Shown here: piece after piece, positions 1-10,700 of the stretch
Position numbering within the stretch: position 1 is the first letter of the stretch
How the letters are laid out: every line of letters begins with the position of its first letter
DNA from: Crenarchaeota archaeon 13_1_40CM_3_52_17
Lineage (GTDB): Archaea > Thermoproteota > Bathyarchaeia > 40CM-2-53-6
Assembly: GCA_001918745.1 (NCBI GenBank)
Contig: MNGN01000053.1
Location: forward strand, 2,435-66,434
DNA: 64,000 nt
Direction: 5' to 3'
Translations under genes and position numbers: made by a program
Notes under the pieces: generated by a model
Seen by the model: the letters and a program-made list of their open reading frames with translations, nothing else
The model's database searches: none
Told to the model about the DNA's origin: nothing

Positions 1-2
1 TA

Positions 3-203
3 CGAGTTATCCTATCAATCTTGATACTGGCTGGTTTTCTTGTAGGTTCCCTGATTTACGTGGGCTTCTATACAGAGAGCTTCAGCACTCTTCAAAAAAT
101 TATCTCGATTCTAGTAGCAATGATAATTGCCTTTACGATTCTAGCAGTTGTCTGGGTTACGTGGGCGGGGCGGAGGGGTATAATGGACTGGTGGAGAGAC
201 TAG
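3..203 (+). CDS. Small hydrophobic protein, possibly the C-terminal part of a CDS starting before the window
   Basis: The frame of tracked ORF 21..203 stays open to the window edge. The translation is strongly hydrophobic (two TM-like stretches) and ends in TAG. Confidence 0.3.
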   Translation, partial: RVILSILILAGFLVGSLIYVGFYTESFSTLQKIISILVAMIIAFTILAVVWVTWAGRRGIMDWWRD

Positions 204-280
204 CCCAATAGTTGAACTGACAAGCACTTATCTGGAACTATCGCGTTCACGGCTCCGGCTAACGCTTCGGAGCCCATGCA

Positions 281-1462
281 TTGTCTCTCGCAATTGATGC
301 TTTGCTTGTTGTTCAATCTACTCTGGTGTTTCTTCTTGCAGGATATGAGTATCTTACCCTGATGCACTTTCCAGCCTTACCAGTAGATGCAACGCACACT
401 TCAAATCGTTCTCTAGTGTCGATTATTCTTCCTGTTCGAGATCAAGCAAGAACGGTTGATGAGTGTGTTGCATCACTGGTTGGATTGGATTATCCCGAGA
501 AAGAAATTATTGTGGTCGATGGCAATTCTACAGATGGGACCCTGGACATTCTTCGGAGTTTCGATGGCAAGATCAGTCTGGTCGAGGAAGAACCTCTTCC
601 TCACGGCTGGGTAGGAAAGAATTGGGCCTGCCACATGGGCTACCAACAAGCCCGGGGTGATCTTCTTCTGTTCACCGACGGCGACTCTACTCACTCACGC
701 GATAGTCTAGCTAGGACAGTGAACTATCTGGAAGTTACAAAAGCTGATCTGGTAACTCTTGCTCCTGCGGCGATTCTTCGATCTTTCTGGGAGAAACTTC
801 TCCAGCCACCCATATTCTGGCTGATCATGATGTTCGTCGGGGGCAAGTGGGTCAACGACGATTCCAAGCCACGTTGGGCTCTTGGAAATGGCCAGTACAT
901 GCTGTTTCGACGCGAGGCTTACGACAGAGTCGGTGGACACTCCGCGGTCAGGGATAGAATATCGGAGGATTACTCCTTGGGTAGGCTGATAAAAGCGAAA
1001 GGTCTTAGACTCAGAATGGTTGCGGCCTCTGACTCGCTTGGGGTTCGAATGTATTCCAGTCTCCCCGAGATCTGGCGTGGATGGAGGAAGAATTTCTATT
1101 CAGTCTCAGGAAATCATCCACTCTTTCGGGCCACATACCGATTGGCACTACTCTTCACCTTTCTCGTCTTGCCCTTTGTCGTGCTCGTATACGGCGTATA
1201 CCTTGCGCCAGCAACACCCTTGAACGTCTATCTCCTCACGGGCGCTTTCATGGCCTTCTTCCTATGGCTCGGAATAATCATTCTTGACCGATCGATAAGG
1301 ATCAGTCCTCTCTATGCCCTACTGCTCCCGTTCGCCATCCTATTCTACATTGGAATAGGCATCGACTCGACCATCAGAGGAGCGCTAGGAATGGGATTTT
1401 CATGGAAGGGTCGAATATATGGAAAACCCATAACTGGCCAGCTTGAAGTCACGGTTCCTTGA
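281..1462 (+). CDS. Family 2 glycosyltransferase with C-terminal transmembrane segments
   Basis: 393 aa ORF with GT2 hallmarks (SIILPVRDQA..., FTDGDS DXD-like motif, QYMLFRREAY) followed by several TM helices. TTG start. Confidence 0.8.
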   Translation: MSLAIDALLVVQSTLVFLLAGYEYLTLMHFPALPVDATHTSNRSLVSIILPVRDQARTVDECVASLVGLDYPEKEIIVVDGNSTDGTLDILRSFDGKISLVEEEPLPHGWVGKNWACHMGYQQARGDLLLFTDGDSTHSRDSLARTVNYLEVTKADLVTLAPAAILRSFWEKLLQPPIFWLIMMFVGGKWVNDDSKPRWALGNGQYMLFRREAYDRVGGHSAVRDRISEDYSLGRLIKAKGLRLRMVAASDSLGVRMYSSLPEIWRGWRKNFYSVSGNHPLFRATYRLALLFTFLVLPFVVLVYGVYLAPATPLNVYLLTGAFMAFFLWLGIIILDRSIRISPLYALLLPFAILFYIGIGIDSTIRGALGMGFSWKGRIYGKPITGQLEVTVP

Positions 1463-3083
1463 GAAAAACGAGCGGAAAGTTCGTAACTTGAGCCAAACGA
1501 CCGAAATCGTCTCCACAGAAATAATCGAGCGCCTTGTCAGTCTTGACCATCCTTCTCGTGAGGATATCAATCGGATAAAGATCGAAGTTTGCCGGTTGCA
1601 CCGTTCACCAACCGTTCCTCCTAACTCCGATCTTCTCCGGCGCGTTCCTAACTACGAGCTGGCCAGGCTCAAGCCGCTACTAACCGGAAAACAGGTCCGT
1701 AGCGCAAGTGGAGTAACCACTGTTGCTGTGATGCCTAAGCCGTACGGTTGTCCCCACGGAAAATGCACCTACTGCCCAGGCGGGCCGGAAGTCGGGGTCC
1801 CGAGAGCATACACAGGACAGGAGCCGGCAGTAATGCGAGCCCTGGAGAATGAATACGACCCCTACCTCCAGGTTCAATCCAGAATCGCTCAGTTACGCGC
1901 GATGGGGCACCCAGTTGACAAAGTCGAGTTGATCCTCGTCGGCGGGACCTTTCCCTTTCTGCCCCGAATATACCAGGAGGATTTCGTCAAACGATGCCTA
2001 GACGCTTTGAATGGTATTGACTCACCTTCTTTGGAAGAAGCGAAGAATCTTGCTGAGTCAGCGAAGGTTAGGAACGTCGGGATAACTATCGAGACCCGGC
2101 CTGACTGGTCGCGGGTTGGACATGTTGATCACATGCTCTCCATGGGTGTTACACGGGTTGAGATCGGAGTCCAGACACTCTACGATGATGTATACGAGAA
2201 AATACATCGAGATCATTCTGTTGCTGATGTTGTTGAGACAACGCAGATTTTGAAGGATTCAGGAATCAAGGTCGGGTATCACATGATGCTTGGTCTCCCT
2301 GGTTGCGACGCCAAACGGGATCTAGAGGCGTTCCGCAGAATTTTTGCAGACTCGGATTTCAAACCTGACATGCTGAAGATCTATCCATGCCTGGTTACCC
2401 CTGGAACACAGCTCCACGGGGAATGGATGAGAGGAGAGTACAAGCCCTATTCCACAGAAGAATCAGCACGTCTCATCGTCGAGCTCAAACAGTACGTTCC
2501 ACGCTGGGTCAGGATCATGCGGATACAGAGAGAGATACCCGTCGATGGGATATCTGACGGTGTTAAGCATGGAAATCTCCGTCAGCTCGTTCAGAAAGAG
2601 CTCAAGCGCCGAGGGATGAAGTGTCAGTGCATCAGATGTCGAGAGGCCGGGATCTCCTACATTAGGAACGGCGAAACCCCAGACATGGAACAAATCCAGC
2701 TCAAGCGAATCGACTACGAAGGATCCGGGGGAACTGACGTCTTCGTATCATTCGAGGATCCCGAGCATGACATCCTCGTTGGGTACGTCCGACTTCGTAT
2801 TCCTACCGGGAATGCTCACAGACCAGAAGTCGCAAGACACAACGCTGCAATCATCCGGGAACTCCACGTATTCGGGCAGACAGTTCCGGTAGGAGACAGG
2901 CTGGCGGGCGCGTTCCAGCACAATGGCTACGGATCGAAGCTCCTTGGCGAAGCAGAAAGGATCTCTCGCGAAGAATACGATCGCAAGAAAATGGTCGTGA
3001 TTAGTGCTCTTGGTACCAAGCGGTATTACTCACGCTTCGGCTATACCCATGACGGACCTTACGTGTCCAAGAACATAGCGTAA
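1443..3083 (+). CDS. elp3: Elp3-type radical SAM / GNAT acetyltransferase (tRNA wobble-uridine modification)
   Basis: 546 aa. Radical SAM cysteine cluster (CPHGKCTYCPGG), a TIM-barrel-like core, and a C-terminal GNAT region (QHNGYGSKLLGEAE). Length and layout are typical of archaeal Elp3. Confidence 0.9.
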   Translation: MKSRFLEKNERKVRNLSQTTEIVSTEIIERLVSLDHPSREDINRIKIEVCRLHRSPTVPPNSDLLRRVPNYELARLKPLLTGKQVRSASGVTTVAVMPKPYGCPHGKCTYCPGGPEVGVPRAYTGQEPAVMRALENEYDPYLQVQSRIAQLRAMGHPVDKVELILVGGTFPFLPRIYQEDFVKRCLDALNGIDSPSLEEAKNLAESAKVRNVGITIETRPDWSRVGHVDHMLSMGVTRVEIGVQTLYDDVYEKIHRDHSVADVVETTQILKDSGIKVGYHMMLGLPGCDAKRDLEAFRRIFADSDFKPDMLKIYPCLVTPGTQLHGEWMRGEYKPYSTEESARLIVELKQYVPRWVRIMRIQREIPVDGISDGVKHGNLRQLVQKELKRRGMKCQCIRCREAGISYIRNGETPDMEQIQLKRIDYEGSGGTDVFVSFEDPEHDILVGYVRLRIPTGNAHRPEVARHNAAIIRELHVFGQTVPVGDRLAGAFQHNGYGSKLLGEAERISREEYDRKKMVVISALGTKRYYSRFGYTHDGPYVSKNIA

Positions 3084-3135
3084 GAATCCTTAACCGGATA
3101 CGTAGCTCACAGATTCCTAAAGACGTGTTGCACGA

Positions 3136-4470
3136 ATGGCTGTCCAAGAACTAGAAGGGTACCATGGGCAAGTCCTTCAACAGCTGAAGAAATCCAAGGC
3201 CAAGATCGGTAGCATCCTCCGTCTCACCTCGAAATCGAACGAAGTATTCGAAGGGACCCTTATTCCCCGATCGGACTATTCCGATCATACTCACATCGTC
3301 TTGAAGATGAAAAACGGCTACAACATAGGCATCTCCCTCGACAGAACTCAAAAGCTGGAAGTTATAGGGGAGGGCGAGAAACCCCATTTCACCAAACCTT
3401 CCCCACCGGCAAACCATGCCGGCTTACCTAAGGTTGCCATCGTGAGCACAGGTGGTACCATCGCGAGTAGAGTCGACTATCGCACCGGCGCCGTGCAACC
3501 CGCACTTACAGCCGCCGACCTCGCAAGCGTCGTCCCTGAACTCTCATCAATAGCCGAAATCGACACTCACATTCTCTTCAGCGAATACAGCGAGAACATA
3601 GGTCCGACCCATTGGAAGATCATGGCCGACGAAGTCGCCAAAAGAATAGCCAATGGTGCAGAGGGGGTCGTGATAAGTCATGGAACGGACAGCTTGCACT
3701 ATACCGGAGCGGCTTTGAGTTTCGCGGTCGCAAACCTTCCCGTTCCGGTCCTACTTGTCGGCGCTCAGCGATCTTCCGATCGCCCTAGCTCGGACGCGGC
3801 CCCGAATCTCACGGGAGCAGTTGCCCTCGCCGCATTAGCCGACATGGCGGCCGTTGGTATTGCCATGCACCAAGATCTCTCCGACCACATCGTCGTCGCT
3901 CATCGCGGCACCAGGGTGCGAAAGTGCCACACGAGTCGTCGAGATGCGTTCAAGTCTATCAACTCCGAGCCCTTGGCTAGTTACGATCTGAAGACTGGCC
4001 AGATCGAAATGACGAATGGGGTTCCGAAGAGAGACAAATCCAGGAAACTGGTCGTAAAATCTCGTTTCGACCAACATGCGTATTTGATCAAATTCTACCC
4101 CGGGTTCGACTCTGGTATGATTGACTCGGCCATGTCCAGAGGAGTCCGAGGAATCGTCCTTGAAGGAACGGGTTTAGGTCATGTTTCCAGGGCCCTCATC
4201 GATTCTTTGAAGAAGGCCTTGAAGCGAGAGGTCCCAGTCTTCATGACCTCCCAGACGATATGGGGACGAGTCGACATGAACGTCTACAATACTGGACGCG
4301 ACCTGCTCAACCTAGGAGTCATCCCTCTCGAAGACATGATCTCTGAAACAGCCATTGTGAAGCTCATGTGGGTCTTGGCCCAGACTAGGTCAGCCAGTAA
4401 GATTCGAGAAATGATGCTTCGGCCCAACGCAGGCGACATCACTCCGAGGACGTTGGTGGAGGCTTCCTAG
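3136..4470 (+). CDS. gatD: Glutamyl-tRNA(Gln) amidotransferase subunit D
   Basis: 444 aa with an asparaginase-like domain (VAIVSTGGTIASRVDYRTG, HGTDSL). Sits immediately upstream of gatE. Ends in TAG at 4468-4470. Confidence 0.95.
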   Translation: MAVQELEGYHGQVLQQLKKSKAKIGSILRLTSKSNEVFEGTLIPRSDYSDHTHIVLKMKNGYNIGISLDRTQKLEVIGEGEKPHFTKPSPPANHAGLPKVAIVSTGGTIASRVDYRTGAVQPALTAADLASVVPELSSIAEIDTHILFSEYSENIGPTHWKIMADEVAKRIANGAEGVVISHGTDSLHYTGAALSFAVANLPVPVLLVGAQRSSDRPSSDAAPNLTGAVALAALADMAAVGIAMHQDLSDHIVVAHRGTRVRKCHTSRRDAFKSINSEPLASYDLKTGQIEMTNGVPKRDKSRKLVVKSRFDQHAYLIKFYPGFDSGMIDSAMSRGVRGIVLEGTGLGHVSRALIDSLKKALKREVPVFMTSQTIWGRVDMNVYNTGRDLLNLGVIPLEDMISETAIVKLMWVLAQTRSASKIREMMLRPNAGDITPRTLVEAS

Positions 4471-4476
4471 TCGTCG

Positions 4477-6375
4477 ATAGATCATCGATCTGTCGGCCTA
4501 AAGGTCGGGGTTGAGATACATCGACAGCTTGATACTAGGCACAAGCTCTTCTGCGATTGTCCGACAGTTCTGTCCGCCAAGCCTCCAACCGTCACATTCG
4601 AACGGCGGCTTAGGCCCACGCAAAGCGAGCTAGGTCAAATTGATCCCGCCGCACTCTTCGAGTTCCACAAGGGTAAGACAGTCACCTACGAGGCAGACCC
4701 GGAAACCACTTGCCTCGTGGAGCTGGATGAGGAGCCTCCCCATCCGTTGAACCCGGAAGCATTGGATGTCGCCCTTACAATGAGCATGCTTCTTCATGCG
4801 AAGCCCATGGACGAGATTCACGTTATGCGAAAGGTAGTCATTGACGGGTCTAACACAACAGGATTCCAGCGAACCGCGGTCATAGCACTCAACGGGTCCA
4901 TAGCAGTGGATGGAGTGGAAGTCCCGCTAGAACAAGTAACGCTCGAGGAGGATGCGGGGCGAAAGACTGGCGACACAAAGACCTCGGTAATTTTCCGACT
5001 AGATCGGCTCGGAGTCCCATTGATAGAAGTCTCAACTGGACCCATAATCCACGATCCAGAACAAGCGGGAAAAGTTGCGTTCGCCATCGGTCGTATTCTC
5101 CGAGCAACCAAGAAAGTGAAGCGAGGTCTGGGAAGCATACGGCAGGACCTCAACATATCGATCAATGACGGTGCCCTCATCGAAGTGAAGGGGGTCCAGG
5201 AGCTCGAACTCGTTTCCAAAGTTGTAAGCTATGAGGTTCAGAGACAGCTCGGATTGCTTGAGATCAGAGACGAACTCCGACAGAGGAGCGTCAAGGCTTC
5301 AGATATCAAAGAGGAATTCATTGATGTCACCAGCATTCTCTCAGGCTCACAATCGAAGATCGTCCAATCCGCCCTCAATCAAGGAGGAGTAGCCCTAGCA
5401 GTCAAACTGCCCCGTTTCAATGGATTGCTGAAGCGCGAACTCATCCCCAATCTCCGGCTTGGAACAGAGATGGCTAAGCGGGCCATCTTCTGGGGTAGGG
5501 TCGGAGGAATTTTTCATTCAGATGAGCTTCCCGCCTATGGAATTGATTCAAGTCATGTTGAGAGAGTCGCGAGGAGCCTTGGATGCGGAGAACTTGACGG
5601 GTTCGTTATCGTTGCAGATAGTCTTGACAATGCGAAAGACGGCTTGAGAGCAGTTGTAGAACGTGCTCGGGAGGCAGTTGAACGAGTTCCGGAAGAAACA
5701 CGGGCTGCAAACCCCGATGGGACCACCGTCTACTTGCGGCCAAGGCCTGGAGCAGCTAGAATGTATCCAGAAACCGATGTCCCACCGGTTCGGATCGGCC
5801 AGGACCGACTTGAACGGCTCTGGGAGAGCCTTCCCCGAATGCCAGAAGAGCTCGCTAAAGAACTTGAGACGAAGCACAGTCTCAGTTCTAAGCAAGCCAC
5901 TCAACTCGTGGATTCTGATTATCTTCCTGCTTTCGAAGAAATTGTCGCTCGGGCAAAAGGTGTCGCTGCTAGCTTTGTCGCCACGGTGCTTACCGAATCT
6001 CTGAGAAGCCTCCAAAGGGAACAGGTGCCCGTGGAGAACATTCGGGAAGACCAGCTCAAACAAGCGTTCGACTTGGTTTCGAAGGGTGCAACGGCAAAAG
6101 AGTCAGTTCTTGACGTTCTCAAATGGCTCGCATTCCATCCCGACGGATCCGCCGAAGAAGCCATCGAAATGCTGAACCTCCGAATGCTAACCAAGTCGGA
6201 CCTAGAGAGCATCATCAGCAAAATTGTCGAATCTAATCAGACAATGGTTCAAGAAAACGGATCCAAAGCGCTCGGCCGAATGATGAACCTGGTAATGGGC
6301 GAGGTGAGAGGACGAGCTGACTCTCGACAAGTCACCGAGCTGCTTAGGAATCGATTGGAGCAAGTCAAAGCGTGA
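4477..6375 (+). CDS. gatE: Glutamyl-tRNA(Gln) amidotransferase subunit E (the tracked ORF 4717.. is N-terminally truncated)
   Basis: Hand translation upstream of 4717 gives DHRSVGLKVGVEIHRQLDTRHKLFCDCP...CLVELDEEPP, the conserved GatE/GatB N-terminus. The frame is open from 4471 and has no ATG/GTG/TTG before 4717. ATA at 4477 aligns with the usual Met. From 4477 the product is 632 aa, typical for GatE. Confidence 0.88.
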   Translation: MDHRSVGLKVGVEIHRQLDTRHKLFCDCPTVLSAKPPTVTFERRLRPTQSELGQIDPAALFEFHKGKTVTYEADPETTCLVELDEEPPHPLNPEALDVALTMSMLLHAKPMDEIHVMRKVVIDGSNTTGFQRTAVIALNGSIAVDGVEVPLEQVTLEEDAGRKTGDTKTSVIFRLDRLGVPLIEVSTGPIIHDPEQAGKVAFAIGRILRATKKVKRGLGSIRQDLNISINDGALIEVKGVQELELVSKVVSYEVQRQLGLLEIRDELRQRSVKASDIKEEFIDVTSILSGSQSKIVQSALNQGGVALAVKLPRFNGLLKRELIPNLRLGTEMAKRAIFWGRVGGIFHSDELPAYGIDSSHVERVARSLGCGELDGFVIVADSLDNAKDGLRAVVERAREAVERVPEETRAANPDGTTVYLRPRPGAARMYPETDVPPVRIGQDRLERLWESLPRMPEELAKELETKHSLSSKQATQLVDSDYLPAFEEIVARAKGVAASFVATVLTESLRSLQREQVPVENIREDQLKQAFDLVSKGATAKESVLDVLKWLAFHPDGSAEEAIEMLNLRMLTKSDLESIISKIVESNQTMVQENGSKALGRMMNLVMGEVRGRADSRQVTELLRNRLEQVKA

Positions 6376-6851
6376 CAAGCACAAAGGACGAGTTGAAGGT
6401 CGAAGATTTCGCCCTTGACGATCTCGATAAGAAGATCCTTCATTGGTACCTAATCGACGCTCGCCTCTCCTACAGGGAGCTAGCACACAAGCTAGGCGTC
6501 TCCACAACCACCGTTCAATCTAGAACCGCGAAACTGGAGAAGGTGGGAATCATACGCGGTTACTCTGCCATGTTCGACCATGACAAGATCGGCTTCCAGC
6601 TCACCGCTATAACAGAGGTAAGCGTCGCCAAAGGTAAGCTCCTTGAGCTTGAGAAAGAGGTTGCTAAGATGCCTCAGGTGCTCGCCGTATACGACGTTAC
6701 CGGGCTCACCGATGCGATGGTCATAGCCAAGTTCAAGAGCCGAGACGACCTGAGCAAATTCACCAAAGCTCTTCTAGCCATGCCCTTCGTGGAACGAACA
6801 AATACCCACATCGTCCTTACGACCGTCAAGGAAGATTTTCGTTTGCTCTAA
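6372..6851 (+). CDS. Lrp/AsnC family transcriptional regulator
   Basis: 159 aa with an N-terminal HTH (LDKKILHWYLIDARLSYRELAHKLGVSTTTVQSRTAKLEKVGII) and a C-terminal RAM/AsnC_trans_reg domain. GTGA overlap with the gatE stop. Confidence 0.85.
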   Translation: MTSTKDELKVEDFALDDLDKKILHWYLIDARLSYRELAHKLGVSTTTVQSRTAKLEKVGIIRGYSAMFDHDKIGFQLTAITEVSVAKGKLLELEKEVAKMPQVLAVYDVTGLTDAMVIAKFKSRDDLSKFTKALLAMPFVERTNTHIVLTTVKEDFRLL

Positions 6852-7687
6852 CCAGGCCTTAGACGCGTGGCACTCTTCAACGATTGAACCGTTTTTTTCA
6901 ATTGAGTCTCCGTCTCATTCGGATCATCCAGGTGGTTGCCAACGATTCTGGCCAAAGCGCTTCCCACGATTGCCCCGTCGGCTCCGGATTGTATGACCGC
7001 GGAAACGTGTTCGGGATGGGAGATGCCAAATCCGGCGGAGACAGGAATCTTGCCCTTAGCCAGGGACTTCACAGTCTTGACCGCTTCGAGTGCTTGTGGG
7101 CTGAGCGTGTCCCGAGGACCAGTAACGCCGTAGAGTGAGACAAGGTAGAGGAAGCCCTTCGATTTGTCGAGAACGGTTCGCAGTCGCGTCCGCGATGTGT
7201 TCGGTGCTGCTAGGTAGATAATGTCGATGTTGTGTTTCAGGGCTAGGTTTCTGATGTCGTCGCTCTCTTCTACCGGCAGGTCCGGAACTACGATCCCATC
7301 AACACCGCTCTCACGAGCTTTCTTCAGGAAATTGTCCAAGCCCATCGCAAGAATCGGGTTGTAGTAGCTCAAAATGACAAACGGGACTGAAAACTGGGAT
7401 GAAAGTTCTCGAATCATTCCGAGGATTCCAAGAGGGGTAGCCCCATTGGACAAGGACCGCATGCTAGAGGCCTGGATCACTGGTCCATCTGCGATTGGAT
7501 CTGAAAATGGAATCCCGATCTCAACAATGTCCGCTCCACCTTCTATCAGGGCGGTAGAATTAGCCAAGAATGCTTTCGGGTCTGGGTCCCCACCTGTCAG
7601 ATAGGCAACCAATGCTCCCTCTCCTTTTTTCTGGAGCTCTCGGAACTTTGCCCCAATTCTGTCGTCATTGTGCGAGGTGTTTGGCAA
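6848..7687 (-). CDS. trpA: Tryptophan synthase alpha chain
   Basis: 279 aa with typical TrpA motifs ([33 protein letters not shown]). Last gene of the trp run. Confidence 0.95.
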   Translation of the reverse strand: MPNTSHNDDRIGAKFRELQKKGEGALVAYLTGGDPDPKAFLANSTALIEGGADIVEIGIPFSDPIADGPVIQASSMRSLSNGATPLGILGMIRELSSQFSVPFVILSYYNPILAMGLDNFLKKARESGVDGIVVPDLPVEESDDIRNLALKHNIDIIYLAAPNTSRTRLRTVLDKSKGFLYLVSLYGVTGPRDTLSPQALEAVKTVKSLAKGKIPVSAGFGISHPEHVSAVIQSGADGAIVGSALARIVGNHLDDPNETETQLKKTVQSLKSATRLRPG

Positions 7688-8867
7688 TTATCTCCACGTC
7701 CTTGTCGCCTCTACCAGAAAGGTTGACGATGATCGAATCCTTTCTTCCGAGATTCTTCGCTAACTTCATCGCGAAACTGGCGGCGTGGGCCGATTCCAAG
7801 GCAGGCATGATCCCCTCCAGCTCTGAGAGGGTTTTGAACGCCTCCAGGGCCTCCTGATCCGACACTGTAACATATTTGGCCCGCCCCGCAGTCATCAGGA
7901 AAGCATGTTCCGGCCCCACTCCAGGATAGTCGAGCCCGGCGGAAATGCTCCGGGTCGTCTGCACTTGCCCGACATCGTCCTGCAGAACATAGGTCATCAT
8001 GCCATGCAGGACTCCCTCGCGTCCAACAACCAACGGCGCGGCATTTTGGCCTGGCGACAAACTTTCCCCGCCTGCCTCGACCCCGTAAAGGTCAACCTCA
8101 AGATCGTGCAAAAACGAATGGAAGATTCCAATCGAGTTGCTTCCCCCTCCTACACACGCAACAACTTTTTTCGGAAGTTTTCCTTCCTCTCGTAGAATCT
8201 GCGTCCGGGCCTCTTTCCCGATCACGCTCTGAAAGTCCCGGACCATCGTCGGGTAGGGATGAGGACCGACAACTGAGCCAAGAAGATAGTAAGTATCCTG
8301 AACGTTCGTAACCCAGTCCCTCAACGCTTCACTGATCGCGTCCTTCAAGGTCTTGGACCCGGACTCGACGGGATGCACTTTGGCACCCAGCATTCTCATC
8401 CGGTAGACGTTCAACCTCTGCCGATCCATGTCCTCACTCCCCATGTAGACCTCCGCATGCAATCCCAGAGCCGCGCATGCCATTGCGGTAGCAACCCCGT
8501 GTTGTCCCGCTCCTGTCTCTGCGATGATCCGCCGCTTTCCCATCTTCTTGGCAAGGAGAGCTTGGCCGAGGGTGTTGTTGATCTTGTGCGCGCCGCCATG
8601 CAAGAGATCCTCTCTCTTCAGGTAGATTCTAGCTCCTCCGACATGACGAGTCAGATTGAGAGCAAGGTACAGTGGCGTAGGTCTGCCAGCGAAACCATCG
8701 AGCCAACTGGCCAACTCCTTCTTGAACGAGGGATCGTGCGAGAACCGATTGTAAGCCTCCTCAAGCGCTCTCAATGGTTCCATTAGGGTCTCAGGGACAT
8801 ACTGCCCACCGTATTTTCCGAACTTGCCCGGTCTCGGACGTGGCTTCGGCTCGGCGTGTTTCTTCAA
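7665..8867 (-). CDS. trpB: Tryptophan synthase beta chain
   Basis: 400 aa with [13 protein letters not shown], the PLP lysine context (HGGAHKINN) and GGGSNSIG. Confidence 0.95.
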   Translation of the reverse strand: MKKHAEPKPRPRPGKFGKYGGQYVPETLMEPLRALEEAYNRFSHDPSFKKELASWLDGFAGRPTPLYLALNLTRHVGGARIYLKREDLLHGGAHKINNTLGQALLAKKMGKRRIIAETGAGQHGVATAMACAALGLHAEVYMGSEDMDRQRLNVYRMRMLGAKVHPVESGSKTLKDAISEALRDWVTNVQDTYYLLGSVVGPHPYPTMVRDFQSVIGKEARTQILREEGKLPKKVVACVGGGSNSIGIFHSFLHDLEVDLYGVEAGGESLSPGQNAAPLVVGREGVLHGMMTYVLQDDVGQVQTTRSISAGLDYPGVGPEHAFLMTAGRAKYVTVSDQEALEAFKTLSELEGIMPALESAHAASFAMKLAKNLGRKDSIIVNLSGRGDKDVEIIAKHLAQ

Positions 8868-9649
8868 GCGTTGACCAGCTCTCTCACTTTGCCTTGGATA
8901 TCACGGGATTTCATTATCGACGTGCCCACAAGAAAGGCCCCCGCGCCGGCGGACCTGAGTCGTCTAATATCATCGGGAGATTCTATGCCGCTTTCAGAAA
9001 CGATCGGTCTATCGATATCGCTGTTCTCTGCGAGGATCTTTGCCGTAGTCGACAGGTCAAGCTGGAAGGTTGACAGATTCCGATTATTGATACCGTAGAG
9101 GTCCGGTCTGAATCTTCGAAGACTCTCAAACTCGCCGGCACTGTTTGCCTCTATTAATACCTCCATTCCAAGCCGATTGGCTTCAAGGAGCATACTATCG
9201 AGTCCAGTGTTGGACAATTTTCTACTGAACACTTCAGAAATCAACACCACTGCACTGGCTCCCGCCCTCGCTCCAGCCTGGAGTTGCTTGGGTGAAACTA
9301 TGATATCCTTCATAATAGTAGGCGCTGCAGTCTCCAGGCTGATCGTAGCTAAGGTTTGGAGATCGCCGTCAAAATTCTCAGGGTCGGTTAGGACCGAGAT
9401 TCCACATGATCCTCCGTTCAGCATCGCCTTCGCGATCTGAAGAGGGTTTCCAGATTCTCTGATCTTTCCGGCGGATGGGGAAGCGAATTTTATCTCCGTG
9501 ATGACTGGGGTTCTTCTGCTTTCTTGGATCGCTTTGACCAAACTTCTCCGAGAAGCGTTTGTGGTTCCACGGTTGTCGTAGTAGCCTTGCTTGACTCTCG
9601 CTTTGGCCTTTGAAGTGAGTTCGGGCAGATGATCTACCAAGAGCGTCAA
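8864..9649 (-). CDS. trpC: Indole-3-glycerol phosphate synthase
   Basis: 261 aa with [25 protein letters not shown] and INNRNL motifs. 4 nt overlaps with both neighbours. Confidence 0.9.
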   Translation of the reverse strand: MTLLVDHLPELTSKAKARVKQGYYDNRGTTNASRRSLVKAIQESRRTPVITEIKFASPSAGKIRESGNPLQIAKAMLNGGSCGISVLTDPENFDGDLQTLATISLETAAPTIMKDIIVSPKQLQAGARAGASAVVLISEVFSRKLSNTGLDSMLLEANRLGMEVLIEANSAGEFESLRRFRPDLYGINNRNLSTFQLDLSTTAKILAENSDIDRPIVSESGIESPDDIRRLRSAGAGAFLVGTSIMKSRDIQGKVRELVNA

Positions 9650-10695
9650 GCCATGTTCTTCAACCGTTGAGTGTCTCCGCCCGAAAACTCAACGAGTTGA
9701 TGCAATGTTCGGAGTGGCTTTCCATCGCTTACAACTTTGAAAGCGATCTCGACTCCCTCTCTGAAGTTCTCGGCTCTTTCACAAAGGACCAGTCCTGCTG
9801 CCGCGTTCGCCAAAACCATTTGCACACGAGGGTCGTCACGTCTAAGTTGTCCAGATAGAATCTTGGCGGTGAGACGTGCGTTCTCCTCCGGGACCGAGCC
9901 ACTAACCTCTTCAGATGTGCTTCTCTTGAAGCCCAGATCCTCTGGATTCATCTCATCGCGGAAGAGTCTTCCGTCTTGACGCCTTACAATAATCGTCTTA
10001 CCAGTCATCGAAATCTCATCGACGCCGTCGAGCCCATAGACCGTCATCACCGATTTCGCTCCTAAGTTGTGTGCTGCGAGACAGATGGGCTCTAGAAGCT
10101 CGCTGTCGTAGACTCCGATCAGTTGTGCATTTGCCCCCGCAGGGTTCGTTAGAGGGCCAAGGATGTTGAAGACGGTACGTACGCCTATTTCGCGTCGTAT
10201 CGATGCCACGTTCTTCATCGCCGGGTGGAAGTTAGGTGCGAACATGAACCCAATTCCGATCTCTTCGATAGCCCGCTCAACCAACTCTGCTTCCATGTTC
10301 AGGTTCAGACCCAACTGTTCGAGAAGGTCCGCGCTTCCGCATTTGCTTGTGAAGGATCGATTGCCATGTTTTGCCACAGGAACACCGGCTGCCGCGATTA
10401 CGAATGCGGCAGTCGTGCTCACATTGAACGTTTTCGTTCTATCCCCGCCAGTCCCGCAAGTGTCCAACAGGTAACCGTTTATCTTCGGATGAATTCTCCG
10501 GCTGAATTCCCGCATTACCTGCGCTAGGGCAGTAACTTCGTCAGCTGTCTCCCGCTTCTTTTTCAATCCTATCAGAAATGCTGCGACCTGTGACGAGGTC
10601 GCCTCTCCGGACATGATTTCTTTCATGGTAGCTTTCGCTTGATCGGGCGTCAACTCGTGGTTCTCCAGGAGTAGCGGGATGCATTCTCTGATCAT
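9646..10695 (-). CDS. trpD: Anthranilate phosphoribosyltransferase
   Basis: 349 aa with DTCGTGGD, KHGNRSFTSKCGSADLLE and GPLTNPA motifs. Confidence 0.95.
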   Translation of the reverse strand: MIRECIPLLLENHELTPDQAKATMKEIMSGEATSSQVAAFLIGLKKKRETADEVTALAQVMREFSRRIHPKINGYLLDTCGTGGDRTKTFNVSTTAAFVIAAAGVPVAKHGNRSFTSKCGSADLLEQLGLNLNMEAELVERAIEEIGIGFMFAPNFHPAMKNVASIRREIGVRTVFNILGPLTNPAGANAQLIGVYDSELLEPICLAAHNLGAKSVMTVYGLDGVDEISMTGKTIIVRRQDGRLFRDEMNPEDLGFKRSTSEEVSGSVPEENARLTAKILSGQLRRDDPRVQMVLANAAAGLVLCERAENFREGVEIAFKVVSDGKPLRTLHQLVEFSGGDTQRLKNMA

Positions 10696-10700
10696 CCTGT

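Noticed and set aside
1036-1052. tRNA T-loop-like GGTTCGAA strings (about 1040 and 23470)
   Set aside because: The first is inside the GT2 coding sequence with no flanking acceptor or anticodon stems. The second is half of the 14 bp palindrome. No cloverleaf could be drawn anywhere in the window.
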